64,000 nt of DNA from Eledone cirrhosa (Eukaryota), in NCBI GenBank assembly GCA_964016885.1, contig OZ024740.1, positions 70,804,001-70,868,000 of the forward strand, read 5' to 3'. The position numbers and the translations under genes were made by a program. Positions 53,535 to 64,000 of this stretch are shown here, piece by piece; the stretch's first letter is position 1, and each line of letters begins with the position of its first letter. The notes beneath the pieces are model-generated. The model was not told the DNA's origin. It saw nothing but the letters and a program-made list of their open reading frames with translations, and made no database searches.

Positions 53535-53900
53535 GGTGTGGAGACAAATAATATGCTCCGAACTGTACAGTTTCAATGCTACGTCCTGTGCGCAACAGAT
53601 GTATCAAAAGCACTACACGCAGGAGCCATGCAATATTTCCGATAATTACAAATATTACATAACTATGACTGACGCAGCAAATCATCAGCGGCCTTTGGTC
53701 CTAATCCTAACGGGAGATTTCATCTGAAAGACTGCCAGAGTCAAAGTTGAAACTTCACAGTGATAATGAAAGCAGCTTCTTAGAATGACAGAACCACAAG
53801 AAGGTAGTAGAACCCAGCCGTTAGGGAGAAACACACATTTGGCGGTAAAATACAAATAGCTGAAAAGGCGCCGGGTCTCTCATCCAAGCTGGTTATGTGA
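53535..53900 (+). pseudogene. Possible very degraded LINE APE-endonuclease fragment
   Basis: PLVLILTGDFI*KTA resembles LII.GDFNAK.G. Confidence 0.35.
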
Positions 53901-55864
53901 ACAACAAAGACAGAAATGCAAAATACGTATGAATCGAACTAATATAAAAAAAATATAGTGTTCAACTTACGATTAAAGGTATCTCTGCTACCTGAGAGAA
54001 ATTATAAATTAAGTTTAACGAACTATCCATTTAGATTCGGTATAGCTCTGCCTCAATCAATTTACAAAAATCGCATATTGTAAATACGAATTTACAACTC
54101 AGAGAGCATTATCATCAACAAGAAAAAGTCACAAATAAATAATAGATTGGAAATGCACGAAGCGGATTGACTACTATAACGACTCCACGAATGCGTATTT
54201 TAGACACTTGGGCCAGTTAGGGAATAGTACATCGATCGTATGTTTTAGGGGCTTTAAGAGAGTATACCCCTGAAATATCATGTTGAAATATACTGGCTAA
54301 AACATTACTTTGTGTTGATTTGTTTTATTTGTTATCCTTTGCCCTTCTGCTGCATTGTACTAGCTTTTTGAAACTTAGTCATTTATTACATATCTCACAA
54401 TGCTTCGTATTAACTATACTAATTTATTAATTAAAAAAATTCTTCAACAAGGGTGCCATAGATATAATTAATCTGGGTCGAAATTTTTTGGAAAAGAAAA
54501 AGAAAATGTTCTAAGTAGATAGGAAGGGATTATTTCATTTCTCGAATTGAGAAGGATAATTTTTGAAGTAATTATTTCTAACGGTTCAATTATAAAAAAC
54601 TTGCGTTTAGTTCAACACTCTACTAATGTTTTGCAGGATTAATAATAGATTGTTTCGTGCTATTATTTTGCTATACTTACTATCTATTTATTAATATACC
54701 CAAACATACACACATAGCTTCACGAACAATATATACACCACCCACGCATACTCAAACATACATACATATACACAGAAACAATGAATAAAAATAATACGCA
54801 CATTTACTTAATACACCACGTCTGCACACACATACCTGCACTAATTATGGAACAGGGAGCTCCGCCACTGCTTCGGCTCCCTGAACTCCCACCTCCAACC
54901 CACGCATGCCGGACTACATGTGCCCCCACTTGCCTGCCCACCTTTACCCATTCTGATAAACCCCTTTTTTCTGTAGCCTTCCAACAGCCTCTTTCTCCTA
55001 AATTTACTCTTTATTAATGTAAGACAAGCGACCAATCCGTTGAGACATTTTTTTTCCTTTTCCCACATGCATGAAACAAATAAGACTTTGAATAATTATT
55101 CTCCGTGTTTGTTGGGTTTTTTAATCTTGAGCTCTTTATAAATACATATACACACACACATACACATAAACTCTCGTAGAATGCATATTATTGTTAATGC
55201 ATTTCCTGCCAATTTTATCAAAAATTAAGCATCTGTTAGACAGTTCACTTGACCAAAATCCCGATAAGCCATTTAGTTTCATCGTGTAACGCACAGCAAA
55301 TTTCACGTTTATATTTTCACAAACACAAAGATTGCAATATTGTGTCGTGTATACAATAGAAATTGTTTGCAAAGCTTCGTTAAATTAAGCATAGTTTCTC
55401 TATTTTTTACAGTTATATATTTGAATATATGTCTGTGTGTTGTTGTTTTTCCAGATAACTATAATGAAAGCTTTATTCTTCATTTATTTAATTTTAATGA
55501 ATAGAGATTGACCAAAAGATAGTTTTGATGCAACAAAGCACGATACTCTGAAGTATACTCGCAGTCATCGCATACACACATACCATACATATACACACAT
55601 ATACATACATGCACGCATACACACACATACACATACATGCACGCATACACACAAACATACATATAAATATATGCACGCATACACACACACACACACACAT
55701 ACATGCACTCATCCACAAAAACATACATATATATATGCACGCATACACACACACATACATATATATAAATGGATACATACACACACACACAGACACACAG
55801 ACACATACATGCACGTATCCACACAAACACACGTATATATATGCACGCATATACACACATACAT

Positions 55865-55943
<79 letters not shown>

Positions 55944-56152
55944 TGCATACACACACACAGACACACATACACATACATGCACGCATACACAAACACACCG
56001 AGGCACACACTCACACATACGGAAGTGGATATAGGCTAAAAATACATCAAATCAAAATACAAAGAACATGAATTATACCATTATTCCGATCTTGGAAGTT
56101 AGTTATCTTCCTAATATTACTGTTAATGGTATTTAAGTATTTTAGTATTATA

Positions 56153-56337
56153 TGGATTGGCAGTATCAGTAGAGGGTCGGACGCCATGCTTTGCAGCAAA
56201 GAGTTACGGCCCTTTATGATCTGAGTTCAAATCCCGCCGAGGTTAACTTTGCCTTTCATCCTTTCGTTGTCGATAAAATAAAGTACCAGTAATGTACTGG
56301 GTGATTGCTGGCCTTGTGCCAAAAGTAGAAACAATTA
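56153..56337 (+). mobile_element. SINE family A
   Basis: Full-length match. Confidence 0.92.
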
Positions 56338-56454
56338 TTTTGTTACTATTAATCCTGCAAAAACTAATCAATCCTTCAAAAAATGTGATCAAATTAATTG
56401 ATAAAAAATATACAGTACCGAAATAGCAATAGTACAGCCATTAATTTGTAGTGC

Positions 56455-56673
56455 AGTGGATAGATAGAATCGGTAGAGCGTCGGACAACATGCTTAGCAG
56501 CATAGAGTTACGGCCCTTTACGTTCTGAGTTCAAATTCCGCCGAGGTTAGCTTTACCTTTCATCCTTACGAGGTCGATAAAATAAAGTACCAGTAATTCA
56601 CTGGGGTCGATTGAATCGACTTCCCCCTCCTCCCCTTTCAAATTGCTGGCCTTGTGCCTAAAGTAGTAACAAT
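56455..56673 (+). mobile_element. SINE family A (long variant)
   Basis: Full-length match with extra GGGGTCGATTGAATCGACTTCCCC segment. Confidence 0.88.
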
Positions 56674-57179
56674 TAATTTGTAGTTTTAATAAACAAGAAA
56701 TTATTCTATAGATTAGATGAAATTCAAAATACCGGAAAGTTACCGTAAGTAAAACTAAGTTGATTTCGACGATAATTATTCAGTTATTTGGTCAACTAAA
56801 CTATATGTTCATTGAATGAGAATTACACGGACACGTGTAAACTTAAGGTAACTCTCAAGACAGAATTATTGTGACCGTGAGACATGGTTGGACATTTGAG
56901 TTACCCGTACAATCCATCTGATGAGCTTCTACAGAGTTTCCACCGACCCAGTATCACTCACAAGCTTGGGTCAACCTGATGTTATGGTAAAAGACACTGC
57001 TATACACACACTCACACGCGCGTGCGCGCACACACATACATACACACACACATACATACATACACGCACACACATACATACACACACACACATATATACA
57101 TACACGCACACACAGATACACACATACATACATACACACACTCACACTCACACACGCACACACATACATACACACACCC

Positions 57180-57242
<63 letters not shown>

Positions 57243-57245
<3 letters not shown>

Positions 57246-57765
57246 CTATGTCAAGAGCACCTTGGCATGCGCTGAAATTTCATTTGATGAATGGGAGAAA
57301 ATGGCTGAGAGTTGTGCGAAATGGAGACATTTAATCAAGTCAGAAGTAAAAACTTTGAAACTGGTTGAAGGAAACACCAAACACTGAAAAGGAAGGTGAG
57401 GAAAAAATAACTGTGCTGAACTGCCGGCTGTTGAACAACATCTAGTTTGCCAGCACTGAGGTCGAGTCTGCCTGAGCAAACCTGGTCTATAAGACATGAA
57501 CAAAGTCAAATCAGTAGACCTCATTAGGAACAACATAATCTGGAAAGGTGTAAGGAATGTGGCAAGAAATGGGCGAGCATGAGAGGTCTAAAAAGACATA
57601 TGAGATTGCACAGTCAGAACCAAACAGTGGAAAGTCCCAGAGGGGTCTACAGTTGCCATGTATGAACCAGAGAATGCAAATCTTAGGCTGGTTTTAAGAG
57701 CCACATTCGTGCCTTTTTATCAGGTAATGGCAATGCTCGAACACGATTTTGCATCCGTCATGTAT
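57243..57765 (+). pseudogene. RTE-clade LINE 3' end with three degenerate C2H2 fingers, 3' stem-loop and TATG tail
   Basis: WEKMAESCAKWR; CQH*GRVCLSKPGL; CKECGKKWASMRGLKRHMRLH; CHV*TRECKS*AGFKSHIR; terminus ATGGCAATGCTCGAACACGATTTTGCATCCGTCATGTATG. Confidence 0.75.
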
Positions 57766-57932
57766 GTTTGTATTGCATGTTTCTTTGCACATATAAATTC
57801 GCATATGTGTCGAGATGTCAAAAAAGAGTCGGGCCTCGTCATTTTGATGGTCGATATCGAAACAATTGTAATATGTAAATAAATTTTGTACATGTGCTGC
57901 AACATTGACTTCGATTCTATTTAATCTCTCTA

Positions 57933-57971
<39 letters not shown>

Positions 57972-58065
57972 GGGGGGTGGGGGTCAGAGGGGGGTATTAT
58001 TGATTCAACATCAAAGATGGATGAGCTCCTTAACGTCGAGTGCTTTTCCTAATATTACATCATGA

Positions 58066-58133
58066 TTAACTATGTGGAATGACCACTTCTATCCAGTGGT
58101 GAACCAACCACCCAACCTAAATGAATATATATA

Positions 58134-58207
<74 letters not shown>

Positions 58208-58499
58208 ATTTGGCAATATACCGTATGTTTAATTAAAAACATTTAGAAGACCATACGCTATCAGTTTTAAAGTAGTGACTATGTCACTTACTTCTTTTCG
58301 GCGAAAGAAGGGAGAGAGCTGGCACTATGTTTCACGCTGGTTGGCGTTCATCTGAACCACGTACTCCCATGCTTATATATATATATATATAGGAAAATGT
58401 TTAACCCGACGGCAGAGCTCAAGCCGTTTCGATGGCTATTTCTGGACCAGAAATAGCCGTCGAAACGACATGAGCTCTGCCGTCGGGGTTAAATATTTT

Positions 58500-58549
<50 letters not shown>

Positions 58550-58711
58550 CATGGGAGTACGTGGTTCAGATGAACGCCAACCAGCGTGAAACAGTGCCAG
58601 CTCTCTCCCTTCTTTCGCTGAAAAGAAGTAAGTGACATAGTCACTACTTTAAAACTGATAGCGTATGGTCTTCTAAATGTTTTTAATTAAACATACGGTA
58701 TATTGCCAAAT

Positions 58712-58778
<67 letters not shown>

Positions 58779-58915
58779 TCATTTAGGCTTGGTGGTTGGT
58801 TCACCACTGGATAGAAGTGGTCATTCCGCATAGTTAACCATAAGTCTACTACCCTAAGTATTGAGTATTCTGGTGCGTTATGGTCCATCTGGTTCCTTAC
58901 CACACTCCCTTCGTT
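58066..58915 (+). mobile_element. Composite palindromic module A: about 380-390-bp inverted arms (centre 58446) including module B and microsatellites, plus module A tail
   Basis: 58066-58445 is the reverse complement of 58447-58837 apart from scattered mismatches and microsatellite length differences; tail 58845-58915 homologous to 10621-10692. Confidence 0.78.
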
Positions 58916-59203
58916 ATATATATATATATTATATATATATATTATACATATTATATATATATATATTATATATATATATTATACATATTATATATATATA
59001 TATTATACATAATAATACACATGCACATACACACACACATATACATGCCCATCCATCCATACATACACATACATATATACACATACATATATATTGCTGA
59101 GATGATGTTTTAGTAGTGTCAATATATATGATAACCAACTGTAACAAATATAGTAACACGGGATAAAACTTATTAATTAACTTTTTAAAATCCTTTCAGA
59201 GTC

Positions 59204-59372
59204 GTGGATTGGCAGTATCGGTAGAGGGTCGGACGCCATGCTTTCCAGCATAGTTACGTCCCTTTACCATCTGAGTTCAAATCCCGCCGAGGTTGACTTT
59301 GCCTTTCATCCTTACGGGGTCGATAAAATAAAGTACCAGTAATTGCTGGCCTTGTGCCTAAAGTAGAAACAG
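59204..59372 (+). mobile_element. SINE family A
   Basis: Full-length match. Confidence 0.92.
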
Positions 59373-59779
59373 TTATTTAGTGTGGAAAAAATTTAATATA
59401 GAAAGACAATACTGACAGTAATGTTAAAAATGTTGTTAAATGGCAGAATATATTATACAGAGGAGATTAATTAGATGTTACTATGCATTGTTTAGCGGCT
59501 ACTCTTTCAAAAAACGGTTTTTTCTTTTGTTCTTCGTGTCTTTCAGCTTTTCCAAAATAAATATTCCAAATATGTGTTATGCTGATATATCTTTATCTCT
59601 TCCCATCTATCAAACACTTGCAAAAACACAAACGCACATACACATATATACATCGATGCACTTACATATACACACTCACACTCACACGCGTACCCCCCCC
59701 CCCCCCCACACACACACACGTATATATACAGAGTAAAAGAAAGAGAAATATAAATTGATAGATAGAGAGATAGATATAT

Positions 59780-62700
59780 TTCTTTATTTTCCACTAGGGC
59801 ACAAGAGAAAGGGACAAATACACAGGGGGGAGTTTACATAAATGAGAGTAAAGAAAAAGGCATAACAATAAGAATAATATAATAATAAAAAGTCCTCAAA
59901 AGGGAGGGGGCGTGTTGGGGATTGCACATACCCCCGAAAAGTGTGCAACCCTTTTCGCGGGGGAAGCCCAGAGAGGAGGCGCTCCCCCTTTCCTCTTCAC
60001 TTCTTCACCTACAGAACAATGTAGAGAGAAGGCCCATTTACACGAGCCATTCTCGCTTCTTTCACCCACCTTTCATAAAACTGGCTGGGGCCAAGCACTT
60101 CTCTCTCCATCCTGATCCTTCTTCCGAAGTGGTATCGGAAGAAGTAAACCAGGTGTTGGCCGGAGAGAAAGTCACCCGATCTCAGACCTTTCAGGCGCGT
60201 CCACCACACAACCTCTTTCATCATGGCGATTACGCACAGAAAGACCGCGTCTGCTTCATTTCTGAAGGGAGGAGGAGGTTTGATGTTCACCACAGACTCG
60301 GCGGCCAATCGAATCGGCGCCACACGCGACAGCAGTCGTTTGACGTAGCCCCACAGATCGGCAACGCCCGGGCAGTGTACTAGTGCGTGCGCAACGGTTT
60401 CCTCGTCGCGCACGCATCTGGGACAGATCTTTTTCGCGGGATCCCTGCACGAGCGCCCGTGTCTGTAGAGCTTTTCTCGAACGGGCAGAGCCCCCCGGTA
60501 GCACTGCCAGGCTAGGGACCTCTGGAAGTAGTCCATGGGTCCCGTGCCGAAAGTTCTACCGAACAGGCTGGCCAGTTCGTCCTCCTCCATGCCTAGCGAC
60601 TCTCCAAGGGTGTCGTCGCCCCTGCTAGCCACCAGCCCTCTGTAGAATGTCGAGGTGGATTCTCCACTGATAGTCGGGTCCGCTTGCCAGAGAGCCGTGA
60701 GCGTCTGGGCACACTCGGTGTGCCAGTTGCCCAGTTTTCTCGGTCTTTGCTTCAGCCAGGATTGCAGCTCGGTGAGCGAGACGAGCTGTGGGAAGGCTCG
60801 CCTCACAAACGTGGCCCACACCGGCTGACCGGTGAGGAATACCTGTAGATGCCGTAGCCTCAATGCGTGCCTACGCATCAACAGCCACGGCATACCCAGC
60901 CCTCCTTTCGAAGGGTGCTGGCAGCAGATGGATCTCCTCACAATGAGAGGCCGCTTCTTCCAGAGGAACTGAAAGAGCATGCGCTCCATGATGGTGATCG
61001 TTTCCTTGGGGCAAGGCACGACGGTCAGGCGGTAGTAGATGACGGACGCTATGTAAGCGTTCGTCACCTCCGCCCGACCTTTCAGTGATAGTTTGCACTT
61101 GGCGCACTTCTGGGTCAGCGCAAACACCCTGCTCGTCACCTCGCCCCAATTCTTCTCCACCTGGAGGTCCGTTCCGAACCAGACCCCGAGCAGCTTCACC
61201 GGGCCCTCCGTCCGCCGCCCGACGACACCGTCTAACGGCAACGGTTTGCCCCTCCACGTTCCGAGTTGCAAACCGACTGACTTGTCCCGGTTCAGCCTAG
61301 CCCCCGTCAGCCTTTCGTATTCCTCCAGCAGGGTGGCGATCGCCCCAATTTCCGAGGCGTCCGCCACCATTACTGTTACGTCGTCGGCATAGGCCGAGAC
61401 CGCTTTGTGCAATCCCGGTTCCAGGGGTATGCCCCGCAGCACCTCCAACTTCCGCAGCAGTGGCTCGAGAGCCAATACGTACAGAAGGGAGGAGAGGGGG
61501 CACCCCTGCCTGATGGACCGGGTGATTTGAAACGGTCCGAGAGCTAGCCGTTTACTTTAACCCTAGAGCAGACGTTGCCACTGTGCATGGCAGAAATCCA
61601 ACCCCTGAAAACGGGTCCGAAGCCTGCCGCCGCTAGCACCGCATCCAGGTAACCATGGTCGACCCTATCGAACGCCTTAGATTGATCCAAGTTAATCAGG
61701 GCCCCACCATAGCCGGGTTCGTTCCCAACCCTCTCTACGATGTATCGCATGAGGTGAAGGTTGTCGTGAATGGATCTGGACGGGATAGCGCATGTCTGCG
61801 CGTCTCCCACCAAACCACCCACCACAAGCGCCAACCTCTTCGCCAACACCTTGGCCAAAATCTGTAACTCTGCATTCAGCAGAGTTATGGGCCTAAAGTT
61901 ACTTAAGTCGTCCCCCTTGCTCTCGTCCTTCCTCACTAGCGTGACTACACCCTTGGTCACAGAACAGGGAATTCTCCCGTTCTGTTGCCAGTTGCAATAG
62001 ACAGCCTCGAGGAGTTCGGAGAACAAGACCGGCATAGCTAAATAAAGTTCGTATGGTAGACCATCGAGACCCGGAGATTTGCGTCTGCTGCATTGGCTGA
62101 GCGCTTCACCGATTTCAGCGGCTGTGATTGGCCTTTCGCAGCACTCCGCTTCGCCGCTCGAAAGACGCGGTAGACCGTCGAGGTATGGACCGAAGTCCAC
62201 ATCCCCGTCCGGCCCCACGCCCCCTCCGAACAGTCGAGCAAAGTGCCTTTGAAAGGCCTCGCACATCCGCTCAGGTTCAAGGATCACCCGTCCATCCTGG
62301 TCTCGCAAAGACCGAATGGTGGATTTAATCCCACTCTTGGCTTCTGTCACGCGGGCCCAGCTAACAGCGTTGGTCCCCTCGTTTTCTAAAGCACGTATTT
62401 TACTTCAGACAACGCAGCCTTCGTGCTTCGCGTCAAAGAACTGGCTCAACGCCGTTCTCGACGCTAACACTCTGTCCACGTCTCCGCTCCTAATCGCCTC
62501 TCCTAGTTTATCTGTTAACTCCCTTTCCCTCCTATTTCTATTCGCCGCTAGTTCCTTACTGTAACCTATCGAACTTACTTTAATCTCTCTCTTTAGAGAT
62601 ACCCACCACCTGCTGTTGACGATCGCTCCCGTCAACCGCATCTTAACTAAGCTACTAATCCGGTTCCTGTAATCTTTCTTTGCCGGCAAGGACAAGTTCA

Positions 62701-64000
62701 TCTTCCAGTAACCGGGACCCTGTCTATGCGTTCTATCAAGGTTGACCACACAGGTCACTAATTTGTGATCTGAATAGCCAACCATGAGCAATTCTGGACA
62801 ACTAAATACGTTCCTATCCTTACTCCTAACCAAAAACCTATCTAGGTACGATCTAGATTGACCACTGCGGTTTGCCCAGGTCCAGGTTGGCACAGTTGGA
62901 AAATCTAGTCGAAATCTATCGACCAGGTCGAATCGATGGAGTAACCCCTTGAGCCCCGCCTTCACCGCCTCCGACGTCCAGCACCAGTAATCGACCCCCC
63001 GGGTCCGAGTGAACAATCTGTACGTCGAGAGCCAGACGTTTATCCAGCAGTACGGCAACCCCACCCCCGCTTCCGGGTTGACAGAGAGATGCGTGCATCT
63101 TAAAGTCATCGAAGGCGGGAGCCAGCTGTCGCACGCTGCTGATCCGACTCTCGCAAACAACCATCACATCTATACTTCGTGACCTGAGGTCACTTAGAAG
63201 CTTTGCTTGCTTCCAAGCTGAGCCCAGGCCACGCGCATTCAAACAGCCAACTCTCAAGTGATCTATTTTGGTGTTGAAAGTGAAGAAAGAAAAGCACCTA
63301 CCTCTCCGGGTTGTGTAATTTCCATGGGGTCGGGTGTGTTGGGTGGAGGGATGTTTTGTGGTGGTGTGGGGGTATCCGAGTGTGGTGGGGTTGGGGTATT
63401 TGGAGTTGTGTCAGGGAGAGGGGAGGTTATGGGGAAATCTTTCAAGAGGACGCGATTTATCGGTTTTAAACAGGGGGGGGGGGGCTGACGTCCTGTTTAA
63501 ATTGTTCTTTTCAGGAACGATAAAGGTCCAGAGGGACCTTTATCATTTTTAAATGGGTGAAGTTCTCTGTTGAGATAAAGTTTGGCCCTTCGGTCTGCAC
63601 CAAAAGGCTATTGTTTATTAATTTAAACAGTTTTTTGTTTTCTTTATTTATATATGTGTATTGCAAAGTCTTTTTTTTGTGATGCTGTCAATGTTTCGAA
63701 GAGGGGAGGCGCAGATTTATTTTTGTTTGTTGAGGGTGGGGTGTTTTTGATTGGAGTTGGTGTTTGTGTGTGGGTTATTTGTTGTTGTGGTGTGCTGGGT
63801 GTGTACTTTCGTTTTTTTCTTTTAACTTGTCTGAAGGCTTCTCCTCCTTCTTCTTCAGAAGTTGGGGGAAACTCTTCAGCGCTAGGTGGGAGGGACGTGG
63901 TGTCTGGTTGTTGTTTTTTTGCGGGAGGGGTAGATTTGTTGCTGTTTTTTTTATTATTAGTTTGGAATATGTTTTGTGGTGGTTGTGGTGGTGGTGATGT
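59780..64000 (-). mobile_element. Tx1/L1-clade non-LTR retrotransposon (runs off the window end)
   Basis: Probable ORF1 C-terminal low-complexity region, ORF2 (APE-RT-zinc knuckle), pyrimidine-rich 3' UTR with AATAAA ending at a (TATC)-like tract. Confidence 0.92.
60009..63257 (-). pseudogene. Tx1-type ORF2 polyprotein (APE endonuclease, reverse transcriptase, zf-RVT), frameshifted
   Basis: RVGCLNARGL, TW...SYLDRFLV, SDHKLV, GPGYWKMN, KSPGLDGLPYE, FRPITLLN, LDQSKAFDRV, RQGCPLS, AYADD, CPRC...ETVAHALVHC; at least three frame breaks. Confidence 0.93.

Noticed and set aside
57430-57712. Host C2H2 zinc-finger gene exon
   Set aside because: Multiple stops, no TGEKP linkers, preceded by an RTE C-terminal motif and followed by a LINE-type tail

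Overview
AT-rich eukaryotic non-coding DNA, packed with microsatellites and transposon relics. The SINE, microsatellite and LINE make-up suggests a coleoid cephalopod (octopus-like); this is inference, not demonstrated. I found no credible host protein-coding exon, rRNA, tRNA gene or CRISPR array, and most long ORFs in the track are microsatellite translations. DNA transposons: Buster-type hAT elements with 8-bp nnnTAnnn TSDs, an internally deleted mariner whose left end is an inverted copy of its right end, and a Helitron-type 3' end. Retroelements: about 20 copies of a tRNA-derived SINE, RTE, R4/Dong-type, CRE-type and Tx1-type LINE relics (a near-complete but frameshifted Tx1 ORF2 at 60.0-63.3 kb), and a multicopy non-autonomous RTE-derived element with a candidate HDV-like ribozyme at its 5' end. 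The most unusual signal is a recurring module that usually sits in or against (TA)n or other dinucleotide arrays: inverted arm, centre, arm, short unique tail. It gives near-perfect palindromes with arms of about 23-390 bp (10.5, 11.1, 11.5, 11.8, 13.2, 37, 44.3, 45, 58.4 kb), and several carry hammerhead-ribozyme cores (CUGANGA...GAAA). It is best read as non-autonomous Penelope-like or retrozyme-like elements. One copy has duplicated about 330 bp of unrelated cargo.
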